From Octopus sinensis (taxonomy: Eukaryota): DNA of 64,000 bases. The position numbers and the translations under genes are program-made. Below are positions 15,990 to 29,255 of this stretch, one piece after another. Under the pieces are notes generated by a model. The model worked only from the letters and a program-made list of their open reading frames with translations. It was not told where the DNA came from and ran no database searches. Each line of letters begins with the position of its first letter. Within the stretch, counting starts at the first letter, position 1. The stretch is taken from the NCBI RefSeq assembly GCF_006345805.1, contig NC_043006.1:66774001-66838000 (forward strand). Direction: 5' to 3'.

Positions 15990-16509
15990 GCTGCTGCTGC
16001 AGCTGCTACTACTACTACTGCTACTACCGAATGTTTATATATCTTGAAAATCAAAGTTTGGAATTATACGAATCTACAAACACATAGGCACACATCAACA
16101 CACACACACACACACACACATACACACACACATACACACATACATATACATGTTCATATTTATATAGATATGTATATAAGTATGTCTGTCTGTGTGTATG
16201 TGTATATTTGAGTGTTTGTAGATGTATATCTGCAGACACATACGTATGTATGTATCTGTATATATTTATATAATATGCATATATATGCATATAATATATA
16301 TGCATATAATATGCATATATATATATAGGTGTATATACATATATACACATATGTTTATACACACACACTCACGCACACACACACAATATACATACGTATG
16401 TGCATATATGTATATTATATATGTGTGTATATATAAGTAGGTATATATATGTGTGTGTGTTTACAGACACACACACTCTCACATACATATACACACACAC
16501 ACACACATA

Positions 16510-16546
<37 letters not shown>

Positions 16547-16779
16547 GTGTGTGCGCGCGTGTGTACGTACACGTATAGGTGTTGGCAAAGTAATGAAAAC
16601 ATCAATTTTATATTTAAGTAGTTTTTCAGTTGGCAATATTACAAATTAATAACTGTTGTAGACTCATAATATGCATTCATATGCATTATATATGCCTTGC
16701 ACTTCATGATATGGCCCTCTCTTTTTCTTTTCTGCAAGTATCTATATTTAACTAAGTCAAAATACGCAACCTCCATGGT

Positions 16780-17720
16780 CACCAAGGGCGACAAGTTGCT
16801 GAAGTGCAAATGGTAGGTGCTTCAGTCGCTGCACCTGTCCAGTTATTTAACGTTTCGCGAAATACTGACTCTAAAAATCCTGTTGTTATTCCAAGAAGAA
16901 GATAAGGCCAGGTTTGGTTAGTAAAATTGTGGATGCAAGGCAAAGTTCAAAAACTTACTGTGAGAAACTTACAGAGAAATTTACTCAAAAACCCATTTAC
17001 TTATACCAGAAAGAGTGACCGCAGAGCTAAACCACTTTCTTACCAACCTTGTATCAACTAAAATCGTTCGTCGTGAGCTCAGTGAAGATGAAAGTAGAAG
17101 AGTCGCGACTAGTAACCACTTCTGATTCTCCACTCAGAACTAAAAAGCTAAAAATATAGTGTCTGAACTATCAGAAGTGGTCAATGGATCCATAGAAATT
17201 AAGTTCATTTAAGAATACGCATTCCCAGATTTCTTTTCTTCCTCTTCAGTTAAGTTAAGTTAAGTTAAGTTAAGTTAATTTTTTGGCTCAAAAAGCAAAG
17301 AGCAAGGCCATGTAGGGGGACATGGAGTTATGTACAGGATGGTGTTCATGCAAAGAGTTCAGGCCATTTCCGGTCAAGGGAGACTTTGAACCAAGCGGTC
17401 GTCGGCATCTTCACTATCTCATCCGGCAGCTTATTCCACGGATCCGCAACCCGGACGGAGAAAGCCCCTCTCCTTCGATTGAGATGAAATTGTCGCAGAT
17501 GAAATCGTCAAGACTGATTGATGTCTGGAAACAACCCCCACAAAGCCTACAGCCCTGACTGTTTGGCACCTACAGTGAATCATGGAGGCAGGTTTGTGAA
17601 CATTTGGGGAGCGATATCAGAAACTTTTCTGTGCCGTTTAGTTGTTCTAAAAGGCCAATGTTATCACCAACAACTATCAGACTCTGTTCCTTCTCGAGCC
17701 ATGCCTGGCCCATAAGGGCC
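16780..17720 (+). mobile_element. Tc1-like transposase remnant interrupted by a CR1 fragment
   Basis: N-terminal MVGASVA..QLFNVSR, VTAELN and KIVRREL remnants. C-terminal DCLAPTVNHGGRFVNIWGAIS. Confidence 0.65.
17255..17480 (-). mobile_element. CR1/L2-type LINE 3' end with a (TTAAC)n tail
   Basis: Translates RVADPWNKLPDEIVKMPTTAWFKV; the simple-repeat tail is at 17257-17280. Confidence 0.7.
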
Positions 17721-17943
17721 GGTTTCCTGGTTTCCTTGGTGTATAGGTTCCCCACTTGGACAGGACACCGGTTTGTCAGTGGTGAGCTGCAAAATGCAGG
17801 AGGAAAGAGTGAGAGAAAATTGTGGCGAACGAATCAGCAGAAGTTCGCCATTACCTTCTGCCGGAGCCGCGTGGGGCTTAGGTGTTTCGCTCATAAATAC
17901 ACACATCGCCAGGTCTGAGATTCGAACCTGCAATCCCTCGACC

Positions 17944-18043
17944 NNNNNNNNNNNNNNNNNNNNNNNNNNNNNNNNNNNNNNNNNNNNNNNNNNNNNNNNN
18001 NNNNNNNNNNNNNNNNNNNNNNNNNNNNNNNNNNNNNNNNNNN
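17944..18043. other. Assembly gap (100 N)
   Basis: Run of N. Confidence 1.
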
Positions 18044-18049
18044 TATATA

Positions 18050-18095
<46 letters not shown>

Positions 18096-18262
18096 TATTA
18101 TATAGATAAGAACAGTGGTTTGTGAAAGCACGTGGTTGAATATATAGAAAATAGTAAAAAGTGAAAAAAACTACAGAAGGCTTAAAGGTTAAAAATATAT
18201 ATATTTCGTCAATATGTCTGAAGAATATTAAAAAAATTTTATCCTTACAAGACATAGTTTAG

Positions 18263-18299
18263 AAGAAAGACCGGTTTCGCGTTTAGCTTTTCAATTCTT
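18263..18299 (-). ncRNA. Minimal hammerhead motif with U3-A8 core
   Basis: AAGAA-TTGAAAA-GC-TAAAC-GC-GAAA-CCGG-TC-TTTCTT. Palindromic ACCGGT stem III and GUC triplet. Confidence 0.62.
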
Positions 18300-18724
18300 A
18301 CGACGTTATGTTTATGTTGAATAGAGTTATCGTTATGTTTATGTTTAAAAGAGTTCTAAATAAGGGGAGGTAATGAGTGATTTCTTCCGGTTGTAAGGGA
18401 GATAATCGCTTAAATTTTTTTCCTTTCCCTTGGTGTGAATTTCTCTGTATCAGTATGTTGGCATGGTTAAGTCTGGGCTTGTACTTTTCAATGAAGAATG
18501 TCTCCTTGTTTAGTCTAATTTGTGTTGATGATCCGATAGCACATTGGTAAAATAGAAAGATTAAAAATTGTGGTAGTAGTTGCTTTGCGCATTTCTCAAT
18601 GTGTTCACTAAAAGGTATCATTCTGTATTCTGGGAATGCAATCTGTTGTCGATGCAGTGTGCATCTACGTCTGAGTGATAATCCCGTGGATCCCACGTAG
18701 TCTTGGTGGCAGCCCGAGCATTTT
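18298..18724 (-). pseudogene. C-terminal half of a canonical CCHH-type PLE GIY-YIG endonuclease
   Basis: Translates KCSGCHQDYVGSTGLSLRRRCTLHRQQI...PFSEHIEKC...RLNKETFFIEKYKPRLN, giving CxxC, YVG, two His, and the catalytic E and LN. Confidence 0.85.
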
Positions 18725-18888
18725 ATGCCAACATACTGATACAGAGAAATTCACACCAAGGGAAAGGAAAAAAATTTAAATGATTATCTCCCTTACACCG
18801 GAAGAAATCACTCATTACCTCCCCTTATTTAGAACTCTTTTAAACATAAACATAACGATAACTCTATTCAACATAAGCATAACGTCGT

Positions 18889-18927
18889 AAGAAATTTGAA
18901 AAGCTAAACGCGAAACCGGTCTTTCTT
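18889..18927 (+). ncRNA. Second copy of the U3-A8 hammerhead motif
   Basis: AAGAAA-T-TTGAAAA-GC-TAAAC-GC-GAAA-CCGG-TC-TTTCTT. Confidence 0.62.
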
Positions 18928-19419
18928 CTAAACTATGTCATCGTAAGGAAAAAAAAATTTTAATATTCTTCAGACATATTGACGCAAATATATATATTTT
19001 TTAACCTTTAAGTCTTCTGTAGTTTTTTCACTTTTTACTATTTTCTATATATATTATATATATATATATATATTTAGCGTGGCTGTATTGTTTTGAAGGT
19101 CACTTTGCGAGGACGTGATTGCAAGTACAATCCCAGTGTGTGGTACTTTGTACAAGTGTGTGCGACACTCTGGACAAGTGTATACATCACTCTGAGCAGG
19201 TGTGTATGTATGAATATAGGTGTGAGATCATCAGTTAGATTTTAAGAATAATTCGTCTTGGTAAGGATCAGAGTCCTCCTTGGTCGTTGTGCGATTAATG
19301 CAGTATTTGCGGAGAATTCCAGGTCTTCTTCAACGATACTCAGTACAGGGTTAGTTGCAAACGGATTTTCAAATAAATACAATCAGATCTATTTTGATGT
19401 CGACAACAATATTCATAGG

Positions 19420-19640
19420 CATCTTCACAGTCATCAATTCACAGCAGGGAAAATTCACCACCATCAATTCGCAGTGTTCTTTTTCTTCCAATAAAATAGT
19501 TTTTAACAACTAATTGTGAGATATTATCGGTATATTTTCTCAGTAAACTTTCCTCGTGATGAACTTTCCTCACAGTAAGTTGATGGCGGTGAACTTTCGC
19601 TACGGTGAATTGATGGTGGTGAACTTGCCAGTAATCATTT
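19420..19640. mobile_element. MITE-like foldback with subterminal tandem repeats
   Basis: TTCACCACCATCAATTC-type units at 19424-19470 are mirrored as GAATTGATGGTGGTGAA-type units at 19575-19625. Confidence 0.5.
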
Positions 19641-19720
19641 TTGGGAACCGATATGAAGAATACAATCGTTCCGACAGAGAACTGAGTGAATATATTCTTA
19701 TATACATGATTAATTTGATC

Positions 19721-19940
19721 ATACGAGGAAATACTGAAAGTTCCTGCCTTTAAAGCTGACGTAGAAGGCCTTGTTAGAGGCTAAAGTTCCGAGTTCTTTC
19801 AGAGGGCAAAGTTAAACTGAAGGACCGATTCACTACGTGTGTGAATCTGAGGAGGTAATATGCTGAATAAAACCCTAATTCACTAATCCTCCTGTATTTC
19901 CTTTTACGCAAAGACAGGAACTTTTCCACATCACCCCCTG
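19721..19940. mobile_element. Mariner-derived MITE; second copy in opposite orientation at 14630-14812
   Basis: Degenerate TIR TACGAGG..TGAAAGTTCCTG; internal remnant CVNL..EY.E* of a mariner C terminus; mutual similarity of the two copies. Confidence 0.6.
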
Positions 19941-20401
19941 TGGAATATGTTGTATTATTTAATGCCTGCATACACTATCGGTCGAATTTGCCATCCCAGA
20001 TATAAGAAGACCAAAGGAAAGAAAACGCTAAGATTTACAGAAACCTGTGAGGGTTTGCGGCACGTAGGGCAATTAATAAGATACGTAAGTTTAATTACGC
20101 CATACCGAAAGAGAGATAGAGACAGACAGAGACAGAGAGACAGGAAGAGTGAGAGAATGTAACTATGTATACTTCAAGCAATAGAGGTGCTCTGTGAAAA
20201 AACAAATAACAGATTTTAAAATACATTGGCTCAATGCTATTTTAAAGCAGTTCTATATTTAAGAGATGAGGAATTACGTACATTATTTACATTATTTACA
20301 TTTGACGGATATTGACGGGCATATGCCCACGGGTATATGGCCTATTGATTAAGAGCACGGGCTACTAAACCGAAGATTCCGAGTTCGATTCCAGGCAGTG
20401 A

Positions 20402-20434
<33 letters not shown>

Positions 20435-20445
20435 AGATAATAATA

Positions 20446-20496
<51 letters not shown>

Positions 20497-20498
<2 letters not shown>

Positions 20499-21045
20499 GC
20501 CTGATGCAGTACCAGGCAGTGGCTCTCATGGCTTCTGATCTTAACTGATGGAAGTGTTATCATGTACATTGTTTTCTCTTGGTATAAAAGATGGCTACAG
20601 CAAATATTCTGCTCAATACCACAGATTGCTTGTCAGTTGTTTGACCTTAACCAGTTGAGCATGTCCCTTGTGGCTGACGATATGTGATCTCTGATCACGA
20701 GCAGAAGTAGTGGGGGAGCATCATAGCCATGTGTTGAGAAGGATTTCTTGGGGGTTGAATAATTCACCTCTGGAAACATGGGTGTTTCGTTCAACATCCT
20801 TAAACAACCCTTATTCAGGGACCGTTTGAGTGGGATGGGCTACTCAACCTGAAGAAAATCTAACTGGGCCCCACCTGCAAGGTCATGTGCTGTTTATCTT
20901 GATATGAGATCACCATGTCGCGCACATATGGTTGTGATGCATGTGCCTGGTGTACCCTTATCAGACGGGTAGTCATGATGGGTATATTGGGCTTCATATA
21001 TTTTACCCCAGTGTCACTTTGATGGCATGAACTGCTCTCTCACTC
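20497..21045 (+). mobile_element. Unclassified retroposon (family F) in (AAT)n; a 3' piece also at 10053-10192
   Basis: The two copies share the 3' 140 bp ending CTCTCTCACTC-(AAT)n. A tRNA-like head at 20331-20405 precedes the longer copy. Confidence 0.6.
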
Positions 21046-21073
21046 AATAATAATAATAATAATAATAATAATA

Positions 21074-21372
21074 AGGATAGCAAAAGGGGCTGATTTCCAC
21101 CTAACTCAGATACCAGGAAACTCAAAAATGGCAGAAATTCAAAAGATAGTGCTCATGGGAACTGCTCATATTTTACGCAAAATACTTTCTATGTAATCTC
21201 AAGGTTTAAAACAAACATTTTTTTTAGACATCCACAAGTACAACACAAAAAAAACAACCAAATATTTGGCACTCTAGGCATAACAACAACGTGAACTTCC
21301 AACTTGTTGTCTCTTGAGGTCTCTGGGTGAGACTTGGAGCCAACTTGTACAAATATAAAGCAAAAGTCAAAC

Positions 21373-21374
<2 letters not shown>
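21074..21374 (+). mobile_element. Dong/R4-clade (RLE) LINE 3' end inserted in (AAT)n
   Basis: Open frame 21077-21196 IAKGADFHLTQIPGNSKMAEIQKIVLMGTAHILRKILSM* matches the R4/Dong C-terminal pattern QK.VL.GT..ILRK. (AAT)n on both sides. Confidence 0.75.
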
Positions 21375-21436
<62 letters not shown>

Positions 21437-21500
21437 GGATAATAATAACATCGAAAAATATCTTAGGAATGAGAACCCAGGTTCGAAATTTCCCCCCCAA

Positions 21501-21545
21501 GACGCCTGATGAGTCTGAAGGTGTACCAACCCGAAACGTTGTGTT
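21501..21545 (+). ncRNA. Hammerhead-like motif in (AAT)n-associated repeat family H (21435-21595)
   Basis: GACGC-CTGATGA-[20 nt, poorly paired]-GAAA-CG-TT-GTGTT. Family H fragments also occur at 9810-9850, 10285-10347 and 20255-20315 (minus). Confidence 0.5.
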
Positions 21546-22691
21546 AACAACAAAGAAGATGTGGACATATATCCGTCAAATGTAAATAATGTAATGAAAG
21601 CTACTTCAAACGTATCAAATTTTGAACTCTCAGTGCTGATAGTGCATCATTTATTATGTATATGCAGGCTCGCTCCATGCAGGCTGCATAGGTATATAGA
21701 AAGGTCAAATGGAAATTGCCTAAAACGAAGTTTTTCTGTTAACGCCAAAGGTATAATACTTTCGATCATCGCTTCCAGTATTTCCGCTTTACGAATGCAT
21801 GCAACAATTACTTCAAAATTAACAAGGTTAAGATGAGCTCTTCTTGTCCATCTAACCTGGATCATTGCTTCCCAAAGCTCATGCGACAACTTAAGGAACA
21901 CACAATGATAACTTCACTCCCATCAAATGAACTTGTAACGTCAGATATCTTTCAATCTTCTAGCTTGGAAAATCATACCGCGCCAACGTTGAAATATATA
22001 AAACTTGCAGAACGTCTTCTATAGGAACTTACAGAAAGTACCTTCAAAGACGGTTATGAAGAACATCCAAACTCAGTCAGGTTAAAAAACAAATTAAATT
22101 CACGACTTTGTCCTAGCTTTCTGAAAACACAGGGAAAGCATATTTGGATTGATCACCCCAAATCCTTAAATTCGAATAAGGAGAAATTCGAATAAGAGAT
22201 TCTTATGTGTATAATGAGATACTCGACATCATAAAATAGCTAGCGATATCGCAAGACAGAACAATCTAAATATTATCCATTTCTCGTCACCAGAAGCAAG
22301 CTCCTGATAAATTAATGCTCGCCCAATATACTCATAGAACCTTATAATAGATATTCTAAATGCATCGTACAGTAGCCAGTCATTATATAGTCAATCAGAT
22401 CTAGTTCTCTCAGTATCAAGTAACACAAACAGTTGTAATATTAGGTGCCTGCATAAAAGAAAAAAACGTTCGGTTTACCAAGGAGAATTATGTATAAATG
22501 GTCCCCCACAAATATAAGTAAACATGTCCGTCCATCTATTTATCATTATATCGGTCTACCTATCTCGCTGCCTATCTCTCTGTTTAGGTATAAGTGTGTA
22601 TGTGTCCTTACATTCATAAGAACAAATACACATATACACTTATGCACACACACAGGCATACACACACGTGCGCGCACGCATACACACATCA

Positions 22692-22724
<33 letters not shown>

Positions 22725-22781
22725 ATAGGCAAGTAGGCATACATGGATGAAAGTGAATATAAGATATATATACATATATAT

Positions 22782-22812
<31 letters not shown>

Positions 22813-23409
22813 GGTGTGTGTGTGTATATATACCAATTAAGGACTGAAAACGAAAAGTGGACAGTCAACATGCTAGATATAGACGTCAAATCGCCATTCT
22901 CCACAAAAGATTATGTTCTCAAATCAAACTCAACACAAACCCAAGCAATAAACAAGTGAAAATATACGAAATACAATACTTATCCATGTACTGATTCAGT
23001 ATCTGCTATTATTATCCGTAAGGATACCATCAGATGCAGCACGGACTTTTGTCAGTGAACAGGTCGCGGATTTTAGCGACGAAAATATTTTGACAAATTA
23101 AACTTAAATGTTGAAGTGAATCGAACGGCTTTTGTGTGTTTCTTAAATGGCTTACAAACACCTTCCACGCTGAAATTATTTTCGTTTCAGCACACGATCT
23201 CAGATCAAATCACTTGCTATGCGAGTACATCTCCGTAATATATATATATATATATAAACTTACTTGGAGTAGAGAAACAACGCGTGCGTTCGGTCATATA
23301 ATAACAATATAATAAATAAATAAAATATATGCATATATACATACATATATGTTCATACTTACATCTATATGTATATATACATGCATAAATATATATATAT
23401 ATATATATA

Positions 23410-23990
23410 TGTAAAGGACACCACAAATAAACGTAGAACATAACGAGAAACGAAAACATAAAATCAAACAAGGAAACGGACTTTTTTTTAACAACGAAAA
23501 AACAGAGTACAGGACAAACAATACAAGGACAATTCCCCTTCATCATTCTCTCTGTTTATTTCCTTTTATTCCTTTCTGTTGGAGAGCGTAGGCTCGAAAC
23601 ATAAAAGTCTTTATCCTTTTCCTCGAGCATCAAACTAATACACTTGCTTTTTGCTCATACACCTGTCTTCGTATTTTGTTTTTCTATAAATTTCAACTAT
23701 ATATATATATATATAATATTATATATATATAATATAAATATATATAATACAAATAATATATATATATATATCTGGATATATACATACATATATGTACATA
23801 CCTACATATATATGTTTGTATACATGCATATATGGTTACACGGGGTCAAAAATCCGCGAACAAAATGAAAAACGAGAACATAAAAAGCAAAAACATGGAA
23901 AACGAACTTTTTTCCGGAGAAGGAAAAAAACAAATGGAGAAACGAGACAGGCAACATACAGAACAATCGCTTCATTAGTTGTCCCTTGTT
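23410..23990 (-). repeat. Two related T-rich repeat ends (23410-23545, 23850-23990) abutting (TA)n; possible pseudo-LTR termini
   Basis: Both begin T(G/A)ATGAAG..ATTGT..TGTA.GT and have similar T-rich bodies. The PLE origin is inference. Confidence 0.4.
23571..23607 (+). ncRNA. Family I hammerhead-like motif, degenerate copy
   Basis: CCTTT-CTGTTGG-A-GAGC-GTAG-GCTC-GAAA-CA-TA-AAAG. Confidence 0.5.
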
Positions 23991-24419
23991 TTATCTACCC
24001 CGTGTTTCGAAGTTTGGAACAAGACGTGACTTCGTTAAAACATTCCTTATATATATGTATGTATCTATGTATGTATGCATGTATATATGTATGTATATAT
24101 ACACACATACACACAGTTACACACGTATACTAGCCCCATATATGGGACAGCCTTCCTATCATACGCTTATATTACGAAAACCGTGGTGCTCAATTTCAAA
24201 TTCTTTTCAAACGTTTTCCTCATTTCTGCATCTGGCCTTTTCTATGATGTGTGCACCATTAACATTTGTTTCCAGGTCTTGTGGTTCCATCAAGTCTTGG
24301 GACTGTAGAAGAATCGAGTACATGACATCCGTCCCCATGTCTACATCAGTAGTCGGTTGGTACTCGTTTGCAGTTGAGTACGCCAGAACAATGTGGATGA
24401 AGTGTCTTTGCTCAAGGAC

Positions 24420-24790
24420 GTACCATCATCATATTCAGCACCATCCTTCTCATCATTCTCCTCCACCTCTTCCACAACCTCCACTCCTCCTCATCATCAT
24501 CATTTTCACCATTATTCTCCTCCACCTCCTTCTCATCATCATCACCACTACCATTATCATCATCCTCCTCCAACTCCCCAACTCCTCCCTCCTCCCCTCC
24601 TCTCTCCTTCAGCTCCTCTCCATCTACCTCCACCGATTCTTCACTCCTTCTCTTCCCCTCCTCCTACACCGTGTTTCTGCACCTCCTCCGCCTCATCATC
24701 ATCATCATCATCACCACCATCATCATCATCATCATCATCATCATTATCATCATCATCATCACCATCATCCTCACCATCACCTTCATCATT

Positions 24791-24826
<36 letters not shown>

Positions 24827-24895
24827 GTCGTCATCATCATTATCATCATCATCCTCTTCTTCATCATCATCATCATCACCATCATCACTATCATC
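24420..24895. repeat. Degenerate (CCT)/(CAT)n low-complexity tract
   Basis: Trinucleotide runs, open in several frames. Confidence 0.9.
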
Positions 24896-25416
24896 AGCTG
24901 GACATTACTGTCATGAGTGCTACAACTTATAGGGTTGGTTAGTTGTACCCAAAGCGTTTCACTAACAGATATCGCTAAATTCCCGCAAACCCAACGGAAC
25001 GCAAATCCGGCGCCGGATTACTAGTTTGCATCTCACTCGAACCGAGGAACTCGAAATGAAGTATTATCCCCAGAACACGACTCAGCTTCTACCCACCTGG
25101 TCCGCAATTGAAACGTTGTGATATTGAGAGCAATCCTCTGAAACGGCAAAGCCATCTATTACCCGGTTTAAGATTCGAAACTATTATATGATGGAAGAGC
25201 AAAATATTTACCCTAAAATCAGAAGCCTCTAGAAGATAGCTGCTATTTCTAGCCAGCGGAACAACGACGTATATACCCGATGTTAGTACAGTGCAACTTT
25301 CATAAATGTGTATGTGTGCGTGTGTGAGCAGATAGATATGTATATATACTTACATATGTATGCATATATATAAATATGTGTATATCTATATAAAAACCAA
25401 CATCTATAATTATATA

Positions 25417-25791
25417 CTAGCAGTATCGCCCGGCGTTGCTCAGGTTTGTAAGGGAAATAACTATAAAGCATTTTTAGAGAGTTATAGCCAAAAAATAGCA
25501 AAAAATGGAAAAAAAATGATGGTAAATTTTTTTGAGAGTTAAAAAGGTGGAGTTGCGTCCCCTAGACGGTCTGTGGTTTGGGTTTATGATCCTCGACCCC
25601 ATGTCGAATTTATCGATTTTTTTTCAGACTGGGGGAACTTTTCTAAATTTTCGCTGCGTTAGTTTTTGAATTATGACATGGGCTATGTGTGTGTCAAGTT
25701 TCATCAGAATCGGTTGAAAGCCGTGGTCAGGGTGAGGGTACAAGCAACAGACACACAGAAACACGCACAGACAAACTGCCGTTTATATAGA
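25417..25791 (-). mobile_element. Non-autonomous Helitron
   Basis: A|TCTATATAAACGGCAG at the 5' end; same 3' ~110 bp and CTAG|T terminus as 46664-47199. Confidence 0.85.
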
Positions 25792-25799
25792 TATATATA

Positions 25800-25832
<33 letters not shown>

Positions 25833-26116
25833 ATACAAATATATACATTATGTATATATATATATATATAATATATATATATTATATATACATGTATATA
25901 TAGGTGCATATATGTATATATGTGCATATATATATATAAGTGTGTGTGTGTGTGTTAATATTACATTATAATATATTGTATATATGCTATGTATAAAATA
26001 TATTACATTATGTATTTTTTATATACGTTGTATATATATACGTGTGTGTGCGTGTGTATGTTTGAATATGTATATATATATATTATATATTACGTATGTA
26101 TATATATATACGTATG

Positions 26117-26160
<44 letters not shown>

Positions 26161-26207
26161 ATAAGTATATATACATATATATACACGTATATATATACAT
26201 ACATGTG

Positions 26208-26256
<49 letters not shown>

Positions 26257-26353
26257 ATAAGTATATTATACATATATATACACGTATAATATACATACAT
26301 GTGTATATAAATATTATATATATATATAATATATATACCGCACATACATATAT

Positions 26354-26390
<37 letters not shown>

Positions 26391-26863
26391 TATATACACC
26401 CTCAAGTGAAATGAGGTTATATTGAAGAAAATTATTTATTGAAGAACAAGACTCTAGATATTCTTATACCGAACTAATTAAATCATATTAGGTGGGCTGC
26501 GTCATATGCCGACGGATATGAAGATTGCCAGCCAGAACCTCCGATAATGACCATCTCATAATGAATAATTCGAAGCTAAAGTGGTCCTCCGGCTATGCGA
26601 CATGATCGGTATCAACAACTCGGAACATTCATCGTAACTACAGTCAGGAAACTGACATGGCGCGAAATTAATATGGCTCATGTGTGCGTATACAAGCACA
26701 TAGTGTGTGTGTGTGTGTGTTTGTGTGTGTGTGCGTGTGTGCGTGTGTGTGTGTGTGTGGGTGTGTGAATGTGAGTGTGTATATATATATATATATCTAT
26801 ATATATAAGCAATTTACATATACAGTTATATATATTATACTTATTGGCGTGTGCATATATATA

Positions 26864-26899
<36 letters not shown>

Positions 26900-27237
26900 T
26901 GTATGTATGTATGTATGCATGTATGTATGTATGTATGCATGTATGTGTGTATGTATGTATGTATGTATGTATGTATGTATGTATGTATTGGAAACGCCGT
27001 TACTATCAGTGCTAGCTCAAATTCCTTTTGAAAATCTGTAGAAACAACTTAAAAAATTGATTAATGGCACTGCTAACACCGGCAGGGCAGAGTATTGAAT
27101 TATAATTCGATACTTTAATATACTTGGTAGTTGCATAAGAAAATACGGTATCCCTTCCGTTATTAGACAATGTATGTGTTTATATGTTCGTATATATATA
27201 TATATATATATAATATATATATATATATAATATATAT

Positions 27238-27270
<33 letters not shown>

Positions 27271-27374
27271 GCATGCATGTATGTATGTATGTAGTATGTA
27301 TGTATGTATGTATGTATGTTATGTATGCATGTATGTATATATATTAGTTTAATGCTTGGGAAGGTGAGAAAGTA

Positions 27375-27410
27375 TTTTACGTTTCGAGCGTAAGCTTTTC
27401 AACAGAAAGG
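27375..27410 (-). ncRNA. Family I hammerhead-like motif, degenerate copy
   Basis: CCTTT-CTGTTGA-A-AAGC-TTAC-GCTC-GAAA-CG-TA-AAA. Confidence 0.5.
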
Positions 27411-27656
27411 AAATTAAGCAGACACAGAATAAAAAAAGAAAGCTCTAGTAGCTAGCGGTCAATCATGGTGTGTAAAGAGGGAAAGAACCCTCATTAAATG
27501 TCTTCATCCGCAACTTAGATAAAATTCGAATCATAGGTATTCCAGCCCATTACAGAAAATATAAAAGAAAAGTCTAATTCTTCAATTCCATGTGACACCG
27601 CCAACGTCGGATAAATTATATAATATTATATAATATATATATATATATATATAATA

Positions 27657-27702
<46 letters not shown>

Positions 27703-27705
<3 letters not shown>

Positions 27706-28101
27706 TATTGGCATAATGGATATATATATAAACCACATGGTTGCAGTTTCAGTCCCACTGCGTGGCAGCTGGGGTGAGTGTATTCTACTATTTCATCGGG
27801 CCGTTTAAAGCATTGTGAGTGGATCTGGTAGCCGGAAAGTGAAAGGAGCCGATCGTATAAATATACGCTAAGTTACGGGGACGAAAACACACCACCCTCG
27901 GTTGTCAAGAGATGATGGGGGCAAACACACACGCACAGAAACACACACACACACAGACACGAACACACACACACACACACACACAGACACAAACACACAC
28001 ACAGACACACACACAGACACGAACAAAACACAACAGACACACAAACAGACACAAACACACACCACACAAACACACACACAGACACACACCACAGACACAA
28101 A

Positions 28102-28132
<31 letters not shown>

Positions 28133-28155
28133 GGACACAACACACAACAACACAC

Positions 28156-28194
<39 letters not shown>

Positions 28195-28586
28195 AGTGTG
28201 TGTTTGTGTATGTGTGTGTGTGTGTTTGTGTCTGTGGTGTGTGTGTGTGGTGTTTGTGTCTGTGTGTGTGTGTGTGTTCGTGTCTGTGTGTGTGTGTGTT
28301 TCTGTGCGTGTGTGTTTGCCCCCATCATCTCTTGACAACCGAGGGTGTGTTTTTTCTGTCCCGTAACTTAGCGTATATGTATACGATCGGCTCCTTTCAC
28401 TTTCCGTCTACCAGATCCACTCACAATGCTTTAAACGGCCCGATGAAATAGTAGAATACACTCACCCCAGCTGCCACGCAGTGGGACTGAAACTGCAACC
28501 ATGTGGTTTATATATATATCCATTATACCAATATATGTGTGTGTGGACACACACATATGTGTGTGTGCGGACACACACACACACAC

Positions 28587-28637
<51 letters not shown>

Positions 28638-28898
28638 TGTGTGTTTGTGTGTTTCTGTGTGTTTGTGTTTCTGTTTGTATTTGCCCCCATCATCTCTTAA
28701 CAACCGAGGGTGGTGTGTTTTCGTCCCCGTAACTTAGCGTATATATATACACGATCGGCTTCTTTCAGTTTCCGTCTACCAGATCACTCACAATGCTTTA
28801 AACGGTCTGATGAAATAGTAGAATACACTCACACCAGCTGCCACGCAGTGGGACTGACACTGCAACCATGTGGTTTATATATATATCCATTATGCCAA

Positions 28899-28905
<7 letters not shown>
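27703..28905. repeat. Local triplication (+,-,-) of a rearranged SINE-C unit
   Basis: The unit GCATAATGGATATATATATAAACCACATGG...head...inverted body occurs at 27703-28150(+), 28190-28540(-) and 28620-28905(-), with private junctions shared. Confidence 0.85.
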
Positions 28906-28944
<39 letters not shown>

Positions 28945-29213
28945 ATATATATATATATAATATATATTATATATATATATATATACGACGGTTGTTTTTC
29001 AGTTTCCGTCTACCAAATCGACTAACAAGGCTTTGGTCGACCTGAGGCTATAGTAGAAGACACTTGCCCAAGGTGTCACGCAGTGGGACTGAACCCAGAA
29101 CCATGTAGTTGGTAAGCAAGATAGTTGCCACACAGCCACTCCTATATATACATATACATATACATATATATACATACATATGTCATATGCATATATACAT
29201 ATATGTGTGTGTG

Positions 29214-29255
<42 letters not shown>

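Larger units (their letters stand above)
18104..19051. mobile_element. Second PLE remnant with an inverted 3' duplication
   Basis: 18141-18464 is approximately the reverse complement of 18725-19051. The minus copy has an extra ~37-bp 3' tail to 18104. (TA)n flanks both sides. Confidence 0.85.

Noticed and set aside
19255-19390. Minus-strand LFENPF...EEDLEF, hAT/Charlie-like
   Set aside because: A short motif only; could be chance.
20331-20405. tRNA gene calls for this and other tRNA-like heads
   Set aside because: They have A/B boxes but no complete cloverleaf or acceptor stem, and they run into SINE bodies.
21647-21901. Minus ORF with IIPL...RFRQFPF, reminiscent of a Helitron Pif1 helicase C terminus
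   Set aside because: Similarity is too weak without a profile search; the diagnostic T(I/V)xKxQG motif is not preserved.
23986-24942. 318-aa His/Leu-rich and 179-aa Ser-rich ORFs
   Set aside because: They are translations of TATG and CAT/CCT repeats open in several frames, with no domain or splice support.
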